Shown: positions 1 to 9,750 of the stretch, in pieces
Position numbering within the stretch: the first letter of the stretch is position 1
Layout of the letters: each line of letters starts with the position of its first letter
Source: a virus
Taxonomy: Duplodnaviria > Caudoviricetes
Strand: one strand, 5' to 3'
Length of the DNA stretch: 61,080 nt
IMG/VR virus record: IMGVR_UViG_3300038829_000267
Span: 1 to 61,080 of that record
Translations under genes and position numbers: made by a program
Notes under the pieces: model-generated
Databases searched by the model: none
What the model was told of the DNA's origin: nothing
The model's input: only the letters and a program-made list of their open reading frames with translations

Positions 1-354
1 ATGAGCAACTCGGTGAACGTGAACATCCTGGACCGCTGGCAGGACAAGGACGGGCGACACTGCCTGACCCTGGATGCCACCGGCAGAGTGCGGTACCACA
101 CCGAACGGGTCGGGTTCTGGTTTGCGATACCGGCTCGGCGTCACGCGATCCTGGCAGCCGAACGGGCCCGCTATCGACAGGCCTTGATCGAGGCAGTCGC
201 CGCCGCTCGTGTTCAGCTCGGCTCCGACCACCCGCTGACCAAGCAGCTCGAGGCCCCGCTCCTCACCGACATCCACGGGGCGGCGCCCCCTTCGAGGGAA
301 GGCGTAGCAGGAGTTCCTGCTGAGGCCCGCGAACCGCCGGAGGCGTCAGCGTGA
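1..354 (+). CDS. hypothetical protein
   Basis: 117-aa ORF; GTGA overlap with the next gene. Confidence 0.6.
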   Translation: MSNSVNVNILDRWQDKDGRHCLTLDATGRVRYHTERVGFWFAIPARRHAILAAERARYRQALIEAVAAARVQLGSDHPLTKQLEAPLLTDIHGAAPPSREGVAGVPAEAREPPEASA

Positions 355-1565
355 ACCGCCACCAGCGGAAGCACCTCGGGCGGATCCTCGCCGGCCGGCT
401 GATCTCGCTCACCACCAAGCTCGATCTTGCCGCGGCGGCGCTCCAGCGGCTGTCCGACGTCTGGAAGGACATGCTCGAGTCGATCCGCGAGCTCGGCGCC
501 GCGCTGGCGCGCGTGTTGCCCGTCCTCCCGTGGCGGTGGGCCCAGTTGCGACGGAGCGTCCGCAGCTGGGCGTTCCGCCTGTTGCGTAGCCGCCTCGGCC
601 TCCGCGTGCCGCTCGACGTGCGGTACGCCGCTTGGCTCGTGCTCGTCGCCTGCCTGCTGGCCTCGCAGGCGCAGGCTCAATCTACCTACCCCGCGCGTTG
701 CTCGTCGCTCAGTCGGTTCGTCACGTCTGAGCAAGCTGGCGAGCAGCGGCGAGTGTGCACCGCCGCCGGGGGCGGCTCGCTCGCGGATGATCCCGGCACC
801 CTTGCCAGAGGCCTCTGGCTGGACAGTGCGGAAAGGCGCTCTAACCCGTCGCCAATCGAAGCAGCGACGCCGGACGATGGTAACCGGCAGTTCCTCACCG
901 ATCCCTTCCTCGGTCCGGCCGACTGGTCCTCGCCCGCCTCGGCGTCGACCCCTGCTCACGCCGCCGTGCGCGTCCGCTCAGCTGTCTGGGACGGTGCCGC
1001 CTACCGCGTCGAGGTCGGGGTGGCACGTCCTGGCCCGACCGAGCTGACTCTCCTTCTGTGGTGCGACCTGGGCGGTGCGATGGCCGGCAGGATCGGCAGC
1101 TATCAGGCCATCGCCTCGCCGCTCGGCGTCGTCACCCTCACCGCGGTACGACAGCCGCAGGGTACCGGGCCCTGCACGGCTGCCGTCACGTGGCGCACCA
1201 CAGGAGCAGGGCCGTGGGTTGGCAAGCGCTGGCCAGCCCCGGCCCCGTCCCTGTCCCCTGTCGCCAAGGCGCGGCCGACGACCGCAGCCGCAGCTGCGCA
1301 GCCGGCCGAATACGTGGCTAGCCTGCCTTACCGGATCCGCATGGATCCGAACTACGCGCCCCGCGTCTCGGCCCTCGAGGTCTGCTACCTGAGCGGGGCG
1401 ACGACCAGACCGAACGGGCGCAACGACACGCCGATCTCGTGCCCTGACCCACGCCCCACCGTGGACGTCGGCGTCTGGTGCTCGGCGTTGCGGTTCGTGC
1501 CTGCTGATCAGGATGTGCCAGCGGCTGTGGTGGCTGCCATCAAGGCAGCGGGAGCGTGCCGATGA
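351..1565 (+). CDS. hypothetical protein with internal signal/TM segment and Cys-containing C-terminal domain
   Basis: 404-aa ORF coupled to the upstream gene; AAWLVLVACLLASQAQA resembles a signal peptide. Confidence 0.6.
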   Translation: MNRHQRKHLGRILAGRLISLTTKLDLAAAALQRLSDVWKDMLESIRELGAALARVLPVLPWRWAQLRRSVRSWAFRLLRSRLGLRVPLDVRYAAWLVLVACLLASQAQAQSTYPARCSSLSRFVTSEQAGEQRRVCTAAGGGSLADDPGTLARGLWLDSAERRSNPSPIEAATPDDGNRQFLTDPFLGPADWSSPASASTPAHAAVRVRSAVWDGAAYRVEVGVARPGPTELTLLLWCDLGGAMAGRIGSYQAIASPLGVVTLTAVRQPQGTGPCTAAVTWRTTGAGPWVGKRWPAPAPSLSPVAKARPTTAAAAAQPAEYVASLPYRIRMDPNYAPRVSALEVCYLSGATTRPNGRNDTPISCPDPRPTVDVGVWCSALRFVPADQDVPAAVVAAIKAAGACR

Positions 1566-1595
1566 CACCCCACCCGCCGAAAGAGGAGATCTGAG

Positions 1596-1697
1596 ATGCA
1601 CGAGCCAACTGTCGTTCCCGAGTCAGCTGTCGTGGTGATCGCCCCCACAGATGCGGCGCTAGCCGATGGTGGCTACGTGGTGTGGCCGCCGCGGTGA
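1596..1697 (+). CDS. small 33-aa Val-rich peptide (MHEPTVVPESAVVVIAPTDAALADGGYVVWPPR)
   Basis: Strong AGAGGAG RBS; stop overlaps the next GTG start (GTGA); too short for the ORF track. Confidence 0.6.
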   Translation: MHEPTVVPESAVVVIAPTDAALADGGYVVWPPR

Positions 1698-2095
1698 GCC
1701 AGCCCGACCCGATCCCGACCAGCGGCCCGGCGATTGCCGACCTGGTGCTCGCTGACCTAACCGCGCGCAAGGCCGAAGGCATCCGCCGCTACGGCGTGCC
1801 CCTACAGGCGCACAACGGGAGAGACGCACTGCAGGACGCCTATGAGGAGGCGCTCGACCTTGCCCTCTACCTGCGCCAGGCGATCGAGGAGAGACGACCC
1901 GCTGATCAGCCGTCGGTCTACAAGCTGGACGTGGAGGCCGGCGACACCGTCGTCGTCGAGTGCCAACGCTACCTGTCGCGCGACGCCCTGGACCGACTCG
2001 CAGAGCGCATCAAGACCGCCATGCCCGACGGGTGTCGGGTGCTGGTGCTCGACGAGAGCCTCCGCGTGCGGTCTTCAGCAGGGGGCCGGGACTGA
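1694..2095 (+). CDS. conserved phage hypothetical protein
   Basis: GIRRYGVPLQAHNGRDALQDAYEEALDLALYLRQ motif, familiar from phage proteins; coupled start and stop. Confidence 0.7.
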   Translation: MSQPDPIPTSGPAIADLVLADLTARKAEGIRRYGVPLQAHNGRDALQDAYEEALDLALYLRQAIEERRPADQPSVYKLDVEAGDTVVVECQRYLSRDALDRLAERIKTAMPDGCRVLVLDESLRVRSSAGGRD

Positions 2096-2412
2096 TGCGT
2101 TGCCGGAGGTGCGAGCGAGATGCCTACCTGATCCGGGGCATGTGCGCAGTCTGCGACCCCGAGCTGCACGCCTCTCGTCGTGCGGCGGCTGCCTGCTACG
2201 TGGAAGCTGAGCGCGCATACCAGAAGGAGACGGGGCGCACCGCGCTGGAGGCATGGCGCGACTTCATCGCATGGGTGGGGGGTCCACACCCCGCAGCAGT
2301 GGCCCTGGTGGCGGCGGCGGCCCGAGCCGAGTCAGCCACTCTTGCGAACGAGCTGCTGTACGGCTCGGGAAGCGGACGGCCTCGCGGCATCCTCGCAGGA
2401 GCCGGCGCCTGA
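2095..2412 (+). CDS. hypothetical protein, N-terminal Cys cluster
   Basis: CRRC...CAVC; TGATG coupling on both sides. Confidence 0.6.
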   Translation: MRCRRCERDAYLIRGMCAVCDPELHASRRAAAACYVEAERAYQKETGRTALEAWRDFIAWVGGPHPAAVALVAAAARAESATLANELLYGSGSGRPRGILAGAGA

Positions 2413-2879
2413 TGCCCATGCGCGCCCCCCGGCCCTGTCTGCACCCACGCTGCAAGAACTTGCAGCCCTGCGCGGAGCATCCGCCGGAAGCCCGACATCG
2501 CGCGCTCGACCAGGTGCGAGGCAGCTTCCGCGACCGCGACTACGACGCCAGCTGGGACAGAACCTCACTGCGCCATCGCGAAGAGGAGCCGCTGTGCCGC
2601 CTCTGCAAGGCCGCAGGTCGGCGCACCGCGGCGCAGCTGGTCGACCACATCGTGCCGAAGCGCGCGGGCGGGACCGACGACGGGAGCAACCTGCAGTCGC
2701 TCTGCCGTCGCTGCCACGACGCCAAGACGCGCCGTGACGCCGCGACCTACCCGGTAGGGGGTCAGGTCTCTGGGACCGCCGGGCTTCGGGCCGCCTTCGC
2801 GTCGCGCGCGCAGCGCCGCGATTCGTCAAAGAAAAAGTGCGGGTGCCTGGACCGATCAGTTTCGGGCCCGGAAACGTGA
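2412..2879 (+). CDS. phage packaging-associated HNH endonuclease
   Basis: PLCRLC...VDHIVPK..GG..D.SNLQSLCRRCHDAKT motif, directly upstream of terS. Confidence 0.92.
   Translation: MPMRAPRPCLHPRCKNLQPCAEHPPEARHRALDQVRGSFRDRDYDASWDRTSLRHREEEPLCRLCKAAGRRTAAQLVDHIVPKRAGGTDDGSNLQSLCRRCHDAKTRRDAATYPVGGQVSGTAGLRAAFASRAQRRDSSKKKCGCLDRSVSGPET
2755..2825. other. putative cos (cohesive end) region
   Basis: Located at the HNH 3' end just before terS; the GGGGGTCAGGTCTCTG...ACCGCC...CGCGCGCAGCGCCGCG pattern resembles cos regions of HNH-terS phages. Exact cut site cannot be determined. Confidence 0.4.
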
Positions 2880-2882
2880 TCG

Positions 2883-3362
2883 ATGCCGAGGCGCCGTACG
2901 CCGACCCAGATTCGTTTGGTCACCGGGAATCCGTCCAAGCGACCGCTTCCGAAGGGCGAGCCCAAGCCGCAGAGCGGGGCTCCTCCCCTTCCGCTGCACA
3001 TCGGCAAGAACAAGACCGCGGCCGGCGAGTGGCGGCGCATCTGCGGCCTCACCCAGCTCAAAAACGCCAACGTGCTGACGATCGCCGACGGCCCGATGCT
3101 CGAGGCGACCGTCTCGGCCTACGCCACGTTCCGGAAGGCGAACGACGAGATCACCAAGCACGGGTTCACCTACGAGAGCGTCGGTCAGAGCGGGGGAATC
3201 ATGCACCGCCAGCGGCCAGAGGTCGCGATCGCTGCCGACGCCTGGCGCCGCTACGTGGGTGGTCTGACCCACTTCGGCCTGTCACCGGCGACGCGGTCGA
3301 AGGTGCAAACCAATGACGAGCAGGAAGACGGCGACGAAGCGGAAGGCTTCTTCTCGCGATGA
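2883..3362 (+). CDS. terS: terminase small subunit, P27 family
   Basis: N-terminal PTQIRLVTGNPSKRPL and C-terminal FGLSPATRSKV, typical of P27-family TerS. Confidence 0.92.
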   Translation: MPRRRTPTQIRLVTGNPSKRPLPKGEPKPQSGAPPLPLHIGKNKTAAGEWRRICGLTQLKNANVLTIADGPMLEATVSAYATFRKANDEITKHGFTYESVGQSGGIMHRQRPEVAIAADAWRRYVGGLTHFGLSPATRSKVQTNDEQEDGDEAEGFFSR

Positions 3363-5139
3363 CGCCTCGAAGGGCAAGCCCGAAAAGCCTCGAGGCAAAA
3401 GGCCAGCCGCTGACCCGCCGGCGCCGTTCGACCCCGTCACGGCCTACGCACGCGACGCCGTCGACGGCAAGATCCTCGTCAACAAGTGGGTCCGGCTCGC
3501 GTGCGAGCGTCACCTCCGCGACCTCGAGCGCGAGGACCTGGTTTGGGACTTGGAGGCCTGCAACCGGGTCATCGCCTTCTTTCGCGTCGTGCTCCGGCTC
3601 AACGCCGGCGAGTTCGAGGGGCAGCCGTTCGTCCTGCAACCTTGGCAGGCCTTCATCGTCGGCTCGCTCTTCGGCTGGAAGGGACTGGATGGCTGGCGCC
3701 GGTTCCGGGTCGCCTACATCGAGATCGCCAAAGGCAACGGTAAGAGTCCGATGGCCGCTGGGATTGGTCTCTACATGCTGACCGCCGACGGCGAGGCGCG
3801 CGCTCAAGTCTTCGCCGCCGCTCGGACCAAGGACCAAGCCATGGTCCTCTTCCGAGACGCGGTGGCGATGGTCGAACAGAGCCCGCAACTGAAGCGGCGC
3901 CTCAAGCAGAGCGGCCTGGCTCCCAACGTGTGGTCTCTTGCTCACCTCGAAAGCCGCTCGTTCTTCAGGTCGGTCAGCAGCGAAGACGGCAAGAGCGGTC
4001 CGACGCCCCACTGCGCCCTGGTCGACGAGCTCCACGAGCACTCGGACGCGACGGTGGTCGACATGCTCCGGGCAGGCACGAAGAGCCGCCGCCAGGCGCT
4101 CATCGTCGAGATCACCAACAGCGGATTCGACCCTCACAGCGTGTGTGGCCAGCACCGAGACCACAGCGAGAAGGTGCTCGAGGGCATCTTCGACGACGAC
4201 AGTCGATTCGCCTTCGTCTGCGGGCTGGACGAGGGTGACGATTGGCTCGACGAGAGCGCGTGGCGCAAGGCCAATCCCAACCTGGGGGTGTCGATCCAGC
4301 TGAAGTACTTGCGGGAGTTGGTGCGCGAGGCCGAGATCTCACCCGCCAAGCAGAACACGGTGAAGCGGTTGAACTTCTGTATCTGGACACAACAGTCGAC
4401 CAGGTCGATCGACATGGTCGACTGGGACAAGCCAGCCGCCAAGGCGCCATTCGACCCGGAGTCCCTCCGCGGCCGCCGCTGCTTTGCCGGCCTCGACCTG
4501 GCTCGGATCCGCGATCTCTCGTCCCTGGGCCTCGTATTCCCTCCCGTGGAACAAGGCGAGCTCTGGAAGCTGCTCGCGTACTTCTGGGTGCCCGAGGAGG
4601 ACATCCTCCAGCGCTCCAAGCGGGACCACGTCCCCTACGACGTCTGGGCCCGCCAGGGCCTCGTCCGCACCACGCCTGGCAACACCACCGACTTCGACTT
4701 CATCTACGCCGACATCGTCGGGGTCGAGGCGCGTGAGGGCTTCCCGCGGCGCGAGGGTATTTCTGAGGTCTACGTGATCGAGGAGCTCGCCTTCGACCGG
4801 GTCTTCGCTGGCGAGCTCGTACTCAAGCTGGCTGACGCCGGGCTGTCGATGGTCGAGTTCGGCCAGGGCTTTCTGTCCATGGCTGAGCCCTGCGCCGCCT
4901 TTCACCGGATGGTGCGCGCTGGCGAGCTCCGGCACGGCGGCAATCCCGTTCTCACCTGGAACGTCAGCAACCTCTCGGTGAAGACCGACCCGGCCGGAAA
5001 CATGAAGCCCGACAAAGAGAAGTCGATCGAGCGCATCGACGGAGTCGTCGCCGTGACCATGGGGCTCGGTCGGGCCCTTCGCCATCAACCCGAGCGCTCG
5101 GGGTACGAAGACGACACTGAGGGCCTGATGCTCGTATGA
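3313..5139 (+). CDS. terL: terminase large subunit
   Basis: LQPWQAF, Walker A IAKGNGKS, Walker B ALVDELHEH, nuclease GLDLA...D and KSIERIDGVVA. Confidence 0.97.
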   Translation: MTSRKTATKRKASSRDDASKGKPEKPRGKRPAADPPAPFDPVTAYARDAVDGKILVNKWVRLACERHLRDLEREDLVWDLEACNRVIAFFRVVLRLNAGEFEGQPFVLQPWQAFIVGSLFGWKGLDGWRRFRVAYIEIAKGNGKSPMAAGIGLYMLTADGEARAQVFAAARTKDQAMVLFRDAVAMVEQSPQLKRRLKQSGLAPNVWSLAHLESRSFFRSVSSEDGKSGPTPHCALVDELHEHSDATVVDMLRAGTKSRRQALIVEITNSGFDPHSVCGQHRDHSEKVLEGIFDDDSRFAFVCGLDEGDDWLDESAWRKANPNLGVSIQLKYLRELVREAEISPAKQNTVKRLNFCIWTQQSTRSIDMVDWDKPAAKAPFDPESLRGRRCFAGLDLARIRDLSSLGLVFPPVEQGELWKLLAYFWVPEEDILQRSKRDHVPYDVWARQGLVRTTPGNTTDFDFIYADIVGVEAREGFPRREGISEVYVIEELAFDRVFAGELVLKLADAGLSMVEFGQGFLSMAEPCAAFHRMVRAGELRHGGNPVLTWNVSNLSVKTDPAGNMKPDKEKSIERIDGVVAVTMGLGRALRHQPERSGYEDDTEGLMLV

Positions 5140-5393
5140 GCGCCGCCGAACGCAGCAGCAAGAACGTCTCACCCGACGCTCCTATCCGCCGGCGACGAGT
5201 CCCGTCCGCCCCAGACCTGCATGCCTACGGAGGCCTGCTGGCCGCCTCGGCCGGCGCCGGACTCTACGCCGCGGATCAACCGGGCCCAGGCGCGGGTCTC
5301 CTGGTCGGTGGCGGTGGCCTCTTCCTCTTGTTCCTGCTCGCCTTGTGGCGAGCACACCTGTCGCACCAACGGCCACGGTCGGAGACCAACTAG
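5136..5393 (+). CDS. small membrane protein preceding portal
   Basis: Two hydrophobic segments; coupled to terL and portal. Confidence 0.65.
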   Translation: MSAAERSSKNVSPDAPIRRRRVPSAPDLHAYGGLLAASAGAGLYAADQPGPGAGLLVGGGGLFLLFLLALWRAHLSHQRPRSETN

Positions 5394-7142
5394 ATGCCGT
5401 TCTTCGAGAGCATGGTCCAACAGCTCGCCCCTCAGCCCGTCATGGCGAGTATGGAGAACCCCGAGGTCAGCCTGTTCGACGCCATCCTGGCGGCGAGCGA
5501 GGGAGAGCGCCTAGGGTCGGGCGTGAGGCTCTCCGAGCGCGGGGCGATGGGCGCCCTGGCTGCGGCGACCTGCGTGCATGTGCTCTCAGAGACCTTCGCC
5601 GGCCTTCCGTTCCACGTGATGCGCGTCGCCCCGGACGGGACGAAGGAGCCCGTACCCGACAACCCGTTCCGGGTGGCGATCGCCGGCGCCCCCAACGACG
5701 AGATGGACGGCTTCGTCTTCGGCGAGACCCTATGCGCTCACCTCCTCACCTGGGGAGTCTGCTACGCCTACATCGACTACGACCTCAGTGGCCGTGCCCT
5801 GCTTTGGCCGATCCCACCCGACCGGGCCCGCATTGAGGTGCTCGAGACGAATCAAGGGACGCTCGACAAGGTGGTGCTGATCCTCATCGCGGGACGCTGG
5901 TACGCATTGCCGCCGGAGAGGATGCTCGTGGTCACCTGGCTGGGATTCGACGGGCTGCGGGGGTACTCGCCGATCCGGATGGCGGCGCGCAATCTGGGAC
6001 TCTCGATCGCGATGGAGAAGTTCGCGGAGCGGTTCTTCGGCGCTGGCGCCTACGTCGCGGGCGTGGTGACGCACCCGAAGAAGCTCGAGCCGCCCACCAA
6101 AGCGCGGCTGCGCGAGAGCCTCGAGCATCTCCACTCCGGTCTCGAGCGCTCCCACCGCTTCGCGCTGCTCGACGACGGCATGAGCTTCACCCAGCTGCAG
6201 ATGCCGCTCGAGGACCTCCAGCTCCTCGAGTCACGCAGCTTCGCGCGTGCGGAGGTCGCTGGTCTATATCGCCTCACCCCCGATCGGGTGAACGTCTTCG
6301 AAAAGAGCGCCACGTACGCGTCCCTGGACGCAGCCGAGGGGCGCTTCGTGAAGGACGCGATCGCTCCTCTGGCGCTTCGCTTCGAGGCGGCGATCAACCG
6401 CCAGCTGCTCGGCACCTGGAGCGAAGACGTGGCGCGCCGCAACGGCGGCAGCATCCTCTACGGCCGGTTCAACCTTGATGGCGTTCTCAGGGGGGACCCC
6501 AAGGTGCGGGCCGAGGTCCAGGAGATCCGTCGCCGCTCGGGCATCCAGAACGCGAACGAGATCCGGGCCCAGGAGGACTGGGATCCCATCCCCGGCGCCG
6601 TCGGCGAGACGTACCTCTGGCTCGAGAACCAGCGGCCGGCCGATCTGCCCTATCCGACCAGCCGCGGCGGGACGGTCGCCGGCGCCGCCGCGGCGCCGCA
6701 GCAGGCCCAGGAGGGCGAGAATGCCAGCGCTCAAATCACGCCCACCGCCGAGCCAGCTCTCCGCGTGGTGCTGGCGGCGACCTGGGAGCGCGTCCTGCGC
6801 CGAGAGGGTCACGCGCTCGGGCGCCTCCTGGCCGCCAATCGCGACCCCAGTGCGACGCCGGCAACGCTCGCCGCTGCCTGGTACCAGGAACTCAGCGTCG
6901 AGTCTCTGGCCGGCGAGCTCAGTGTCGCCTTCGCGACCTACGCGGCGGCCTTGGGCACCGACGGCGGCGAGCTGGTGGCCGCCCATGCCCTGGCCCGCGC
7001 CGAGGTCTACCGCGAGTCGAGGGTGCGGAGCGCGCGTGACGGTGAGCACGGTTCCGCCGCGGCCGAGCTCGTGCACTTGGAAGTCGAAGCCGCAGTCCAG
7101 CAGCTCAAGCCGCGCCTCTTGGCGCTCGGGAGAACGCAGTGA
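5394..7142 (+). CDS. portal protein, HK97 family, with C-terminal extension
   Basis: GFDGLRGYSPI, ERFFGAGA, LLDDGM.F, QLLESR, NEIRAQED motifs. Confidence 0.95.
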   Translation: MPFFESMVQQLAPQPVMASMENPEVSLFDAILAASEGERLGSGVRLSERGAMGALAAATCVHVLSETFAGLPFHVMRVAPDGTKEPVPDNPFRVAIAGAPNDEMDGFVFGETLCAHLLTWGVCYAYIDYDLSGRALLWPIPPDRARIEVLETNQGTLDKVVLILIAGRWYALPPERMLVVTWLGFDGLRGYSPIRMAARNLGLSIAMEKFAERFFGAGAYVAGVVTHPKKLEPPTKARLRESLEHLHSGLERSHRFALLDDGMSFTQLQMPLEDLQLLESRSFARAEVAGLYRLTPDRVNVFEKSATYASLDAAEGRFVKDAIAPLALRFEAAINRQLLGTWSEDVARRNGGSILYGRFNLDGVLRGDPKVRAEVQEIRRRSGIQNANEIRAQEDWDPIPGAVGETYLWLENQRPADLPYPTSRGGTVAGAAAAPQQAQEGENASAQITPTAEPALRVVLAATWERVLRREGHALGRLLAANRDPSATPATLAAAWYQELSVESLAGELSVAFATYAAALGTDGGELVAAHALARAEVYRESRVRSARDGEHGSAAAELVHLEVEAAVQQLKPRLLALGRTQ

Positions 7143-8092
7143 CGATCGAAGCCATCGCCCAGCTCACCGACACCCAGCCCGCGCTGGGGCTGATGCCTCG
7201 CCTCCGTACGCTCTACCACGGGTCGATCTGGCTGCTCGAGCCTGATCTGGTCGCGATGCCGGCCTACGCCGATCGGCGGCGAGCTCTCGCCACCCTGGGC
7301 GACTCTGACGCCATCCTCGCGAAGCTCGACGCTCTCGAGAAGGACGGCCCGCCGAAGGTCGACCCGCTGGACGTCCGCGAGGGCGTCGCCGTCATCGAAG
7401 TCACCGGGATGCTCACCAAGCAACCCAGTCTCTACCGGCTGCTGGGCTGTAGCACCGAGGCGACGTACGGCGAGATCGGCGCCGCGGTGCGCCGAGCGGC
7501 CTCCACCCCCGGCGTCTACTCCATCCTCCTGCGCGTGGCGTCACCCGGTGGTGAGCTATTCGGCCTGCCGGAGGTTGGCGATGCGATCTACGAGGCGCGC
7601 CAGGCGGGGATCCGCGTGGCCGCCTACATCGAGGACATGGGGTGCTCCGCGGCCTACTGGATCGCTTCGCAGGCGAAGGAGGTCATGACCAACGAGGTTG
7701 GCCATGTGGGCTCGGTCGGAGTGATCTGCATCCTCGTCGACTCATCGAAGGCGGCCGAGATGGAAGGACTCCGCTTCGTGCCGATCGCCTCCACCCCCGG
7801 CAAGGTCGGGAACCGCCCCGGCGTACCCCTCTCGGACGAGGCGATCGCCGCGCGCCAGGGCCAGCTCGATCGGGTCGGCCAGCGCTTCGAGCTCGCTGTC
7901 GCCCGCGGCCGGCGCGTCGACGTCGCGATGGTTCGCGAGAAATGGCACGACGCGCGCGTCCACCTCGGCCAGGACGCTGTGGACATCGGGCTGGTCGATC
8001 GAGTCGTGCCCCGGGTCGACGAGGTCTTTGACGAGCTCGTGCGGTACGGCCGGGACAAGGCGGCGCGGCAGCGGCGGGTGTCGCGAATCTGA
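7139..8092 (+). CDS. S49-family prohead protease
   Basis: VASPGG, CSAAYWIASQA, VGSVGV motifs; between portal and capsid. Confidence 0.93.
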   Translation: MTIEAIAQLTDTQPALGLMPRLRTLYHGSIWLLEPDLVAMPAYADRRRALATLGDSDAILAKLDALEKDGPPKVDPLDVREGVAVIEVTGMLTKQPSLYRLLGCSTEATYGEIGAAVRRAASTPGVYSILLRVASPGGELFGLPEVGDAIYEARQAGIRVAAYIEDMGCSAAYWIASQAKEVMTNEVGHVGSVGVICILVDSSKAAEMEGLRFVPIASTPGKVGNRPGVPLSDEAIAARQGQLDRVGQRFELAVARGRRVDVAMVREKWHDARVHLGQDAVDIGLVDRVVPRVDEVFDELVRYGRDKAARQRRVSRI

Positions 8093-8100
8093 TTCGCGAC

Positions 8101-8148
8101 AAGTTGTCCCGCCTGGCGCTTGACGGCCGGGACAATTTGCCGCACACT
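8101..8148 (+). promoter_or_regulatory. putative capsid promoter with inverted-repeat operator
   Basis: TTGACG (8120-8125), 17 bp, CACACT (8143-8148); AAGTTGTCCCG (8101-8111) and CGGGACAATTT (8128-8138) form an inverted repeat with 1 mismatch around the -35. Confidence 0.5.
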
Positions 8149-8335
8149 ACGCGGCGGAGTAGGGAAATGGCGTCGTCAGTCCCGCCAGTGGCGCGGGAGC
8201 AGAGCTCGACCAGGGCTGACGACGTGACGTAGCGACCAACGGCGCACAGTCGCCGCACGGGGCTACCAGCAACCACATCAACGGTTGCCGGTGGCCCCGT
8301 TCTGCATTCAGGGGCACCCGGCGGGAGACGGGAAA

Positions 8336-9718
8336 ATGGCCCTGACGATCCACGAGATCATGCAGAAGCGGCGCTCGGCGAAGAACTTCTCCGAGAAGGC
8401 CAACGCCCTCCTCAAGGCCTCCGCGGGTCGGGACATGACCGCCGAGGAGGACTCGCAGTGGAACGGCTACATGGCCGAGGCCGAAAAGCTCGTCGGCGAG
8501 GCCAGCGCTGCGGAAACCGAGCTCGACGGCGAGCTCGCCCGCAAGGAGCGCGAGTACCGCGCCGGCGCCCTCTCGAACGAGGTCGCCCGCGGCGTAAGGG
8601 GCGCGATCGCCGAGCGCAGCCGCGTGATCGCCGCCGATCCCCTGGTTGCCGCCGCCATCACCGCCGAGGACGCCTCGCTGCGTTCGGCCGCGGCTCGGTC
8701 TTTCGGTGAGGACTATCGCCGGACCCTCTCGGTCTACCTCCGGGGTGGTTACTCCCAGCTCTCCCTCGAAGAGCGCGCCGTGCTCCGGCCGCCGCGCGAG
8801 TTCCTGGAGGAGCTCAAGCGCGAGGATCCCACCACCTACGCGGCCGTGGCCACCGGTGTCGACACGACGCTCGGCTACCTGGTCCCCCAGGAAGCCCTCC
8901 AGCCGATGGTGACCGCTACGAAGTACTACGGCGGAATGTATGAGGCGGCCGAGGTCATCCCAACCGACACCGGGCGCGAGATCCCGTACCCGACCACCGA
9001 CGACACCGCCACGATGGGGCGGTACATCGGCGAGAACCGGCCGGTCACCGAGGTCTCGGCCGGCACGGCTGGCGTCGTGCCGATCAAGGCGTACACCTGC
9101 ACCAGCGACATCGTGCTGGTGCCGCAGGAGTTCCTCCAGGATGTCGGCATCGATTTCGACGCCTGGCTGATGGCCCGCTTCGGGGAGCGGATCGGCCGAC
9201 GCCGCAACCTCGCCTGCACCACGGGCGACGGCTCGCTGGGCCCGCTCGGCGTCGTCCCCAGCGCCACTCTCGGCGTCACGGGCCCGACTGGCCAGACCAC
9301 CACAGTGACCTTCCTCGACCTGCTCGATCTCGAGGGCTCCGTCGATCGGACCTACCGCGACGGCGCCATCATCATGGCCGCCGACGGGACGATCACCAAG
9401 CTCAAGAAGCAGGTCGACGGGGTCGGTCGGCCGCTGTGGCAGCTCCGGGTCGACCTCCGCCAGCCGCCGACGATCAATGACTACCCCTACGTCGTCAACA
9501 GCGACGTGGCGACTTTGGCCGCCAGCGCCAAGTCGGTCCTCTTCGGGAACTTCAAGAACTACAAGCTGCGCGTCGTGCGGGCCCGGTGGGTGCGGCGCCT
9601 CGAGGAGCGTTACGCCGAGAACGGCCAGGTCGGTTTCATCATGTACGAGCGCCACGACGGTCGCCTGATCGACGCTGGCCAGCACCCCATCAAGTACTTC
9701 CAGAACCCCGCCAGCTAA
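8336..9718 (+). CDS. major capsid protein, HK97 fold
   Basis: N-terminal coiled-coil delta domain, GYLVPQE, GRPLW, VLFGNFKNY, GQVGF...RHDG. Confidence 0.96.
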   Translation: MALTIHEIMQKRRSAKNFSEKANALLKASAGRDMTAEEDSQWNGYMAEAEKLVGEASAAETELDGELARKEREYRAGALSNEVARGVRGAIAERSRVIAADPLVAAAITAEDASLRSAAARSFGEDYRRTLSVYLRGGYSQLSLEERAVLRPPREFLEELKREDPTTYAAVATGVDTTLGYLVPQEALQPMVTATKYYGGMYEAAEVIPTDTGREIPYPTTDDTATMGRYIGENRPVTEVSAGTAGVVPIKAYTCTSDIVLVPQEFLQDVGIDFDAWLMARFGERIGRRRNLACTTGDGSLGPLGVVPSATLGVTGPTGQTTTVTFLDLLDLEGSVDRTYRDGAIIMAADGTITKLKKQVDGVGRPLWQLRVDLRQPPTINDYPYVVNSDVATLAASAKSVLFGNFKNYKLRVVRARWVRRLEERYAENGQVGFIMYERHDGRLIDAGQHPIKYFQNPAS

Positions 9719-9750
9719 TCGCCCTCGGCTGAGGCGAAGAGGAGATCCCC

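Noticed and set aside
8147-9685. 512-aa antisense ORF over the capsid gene
   Set aside because: Codon-mirror artefact of a GC3-rich gene
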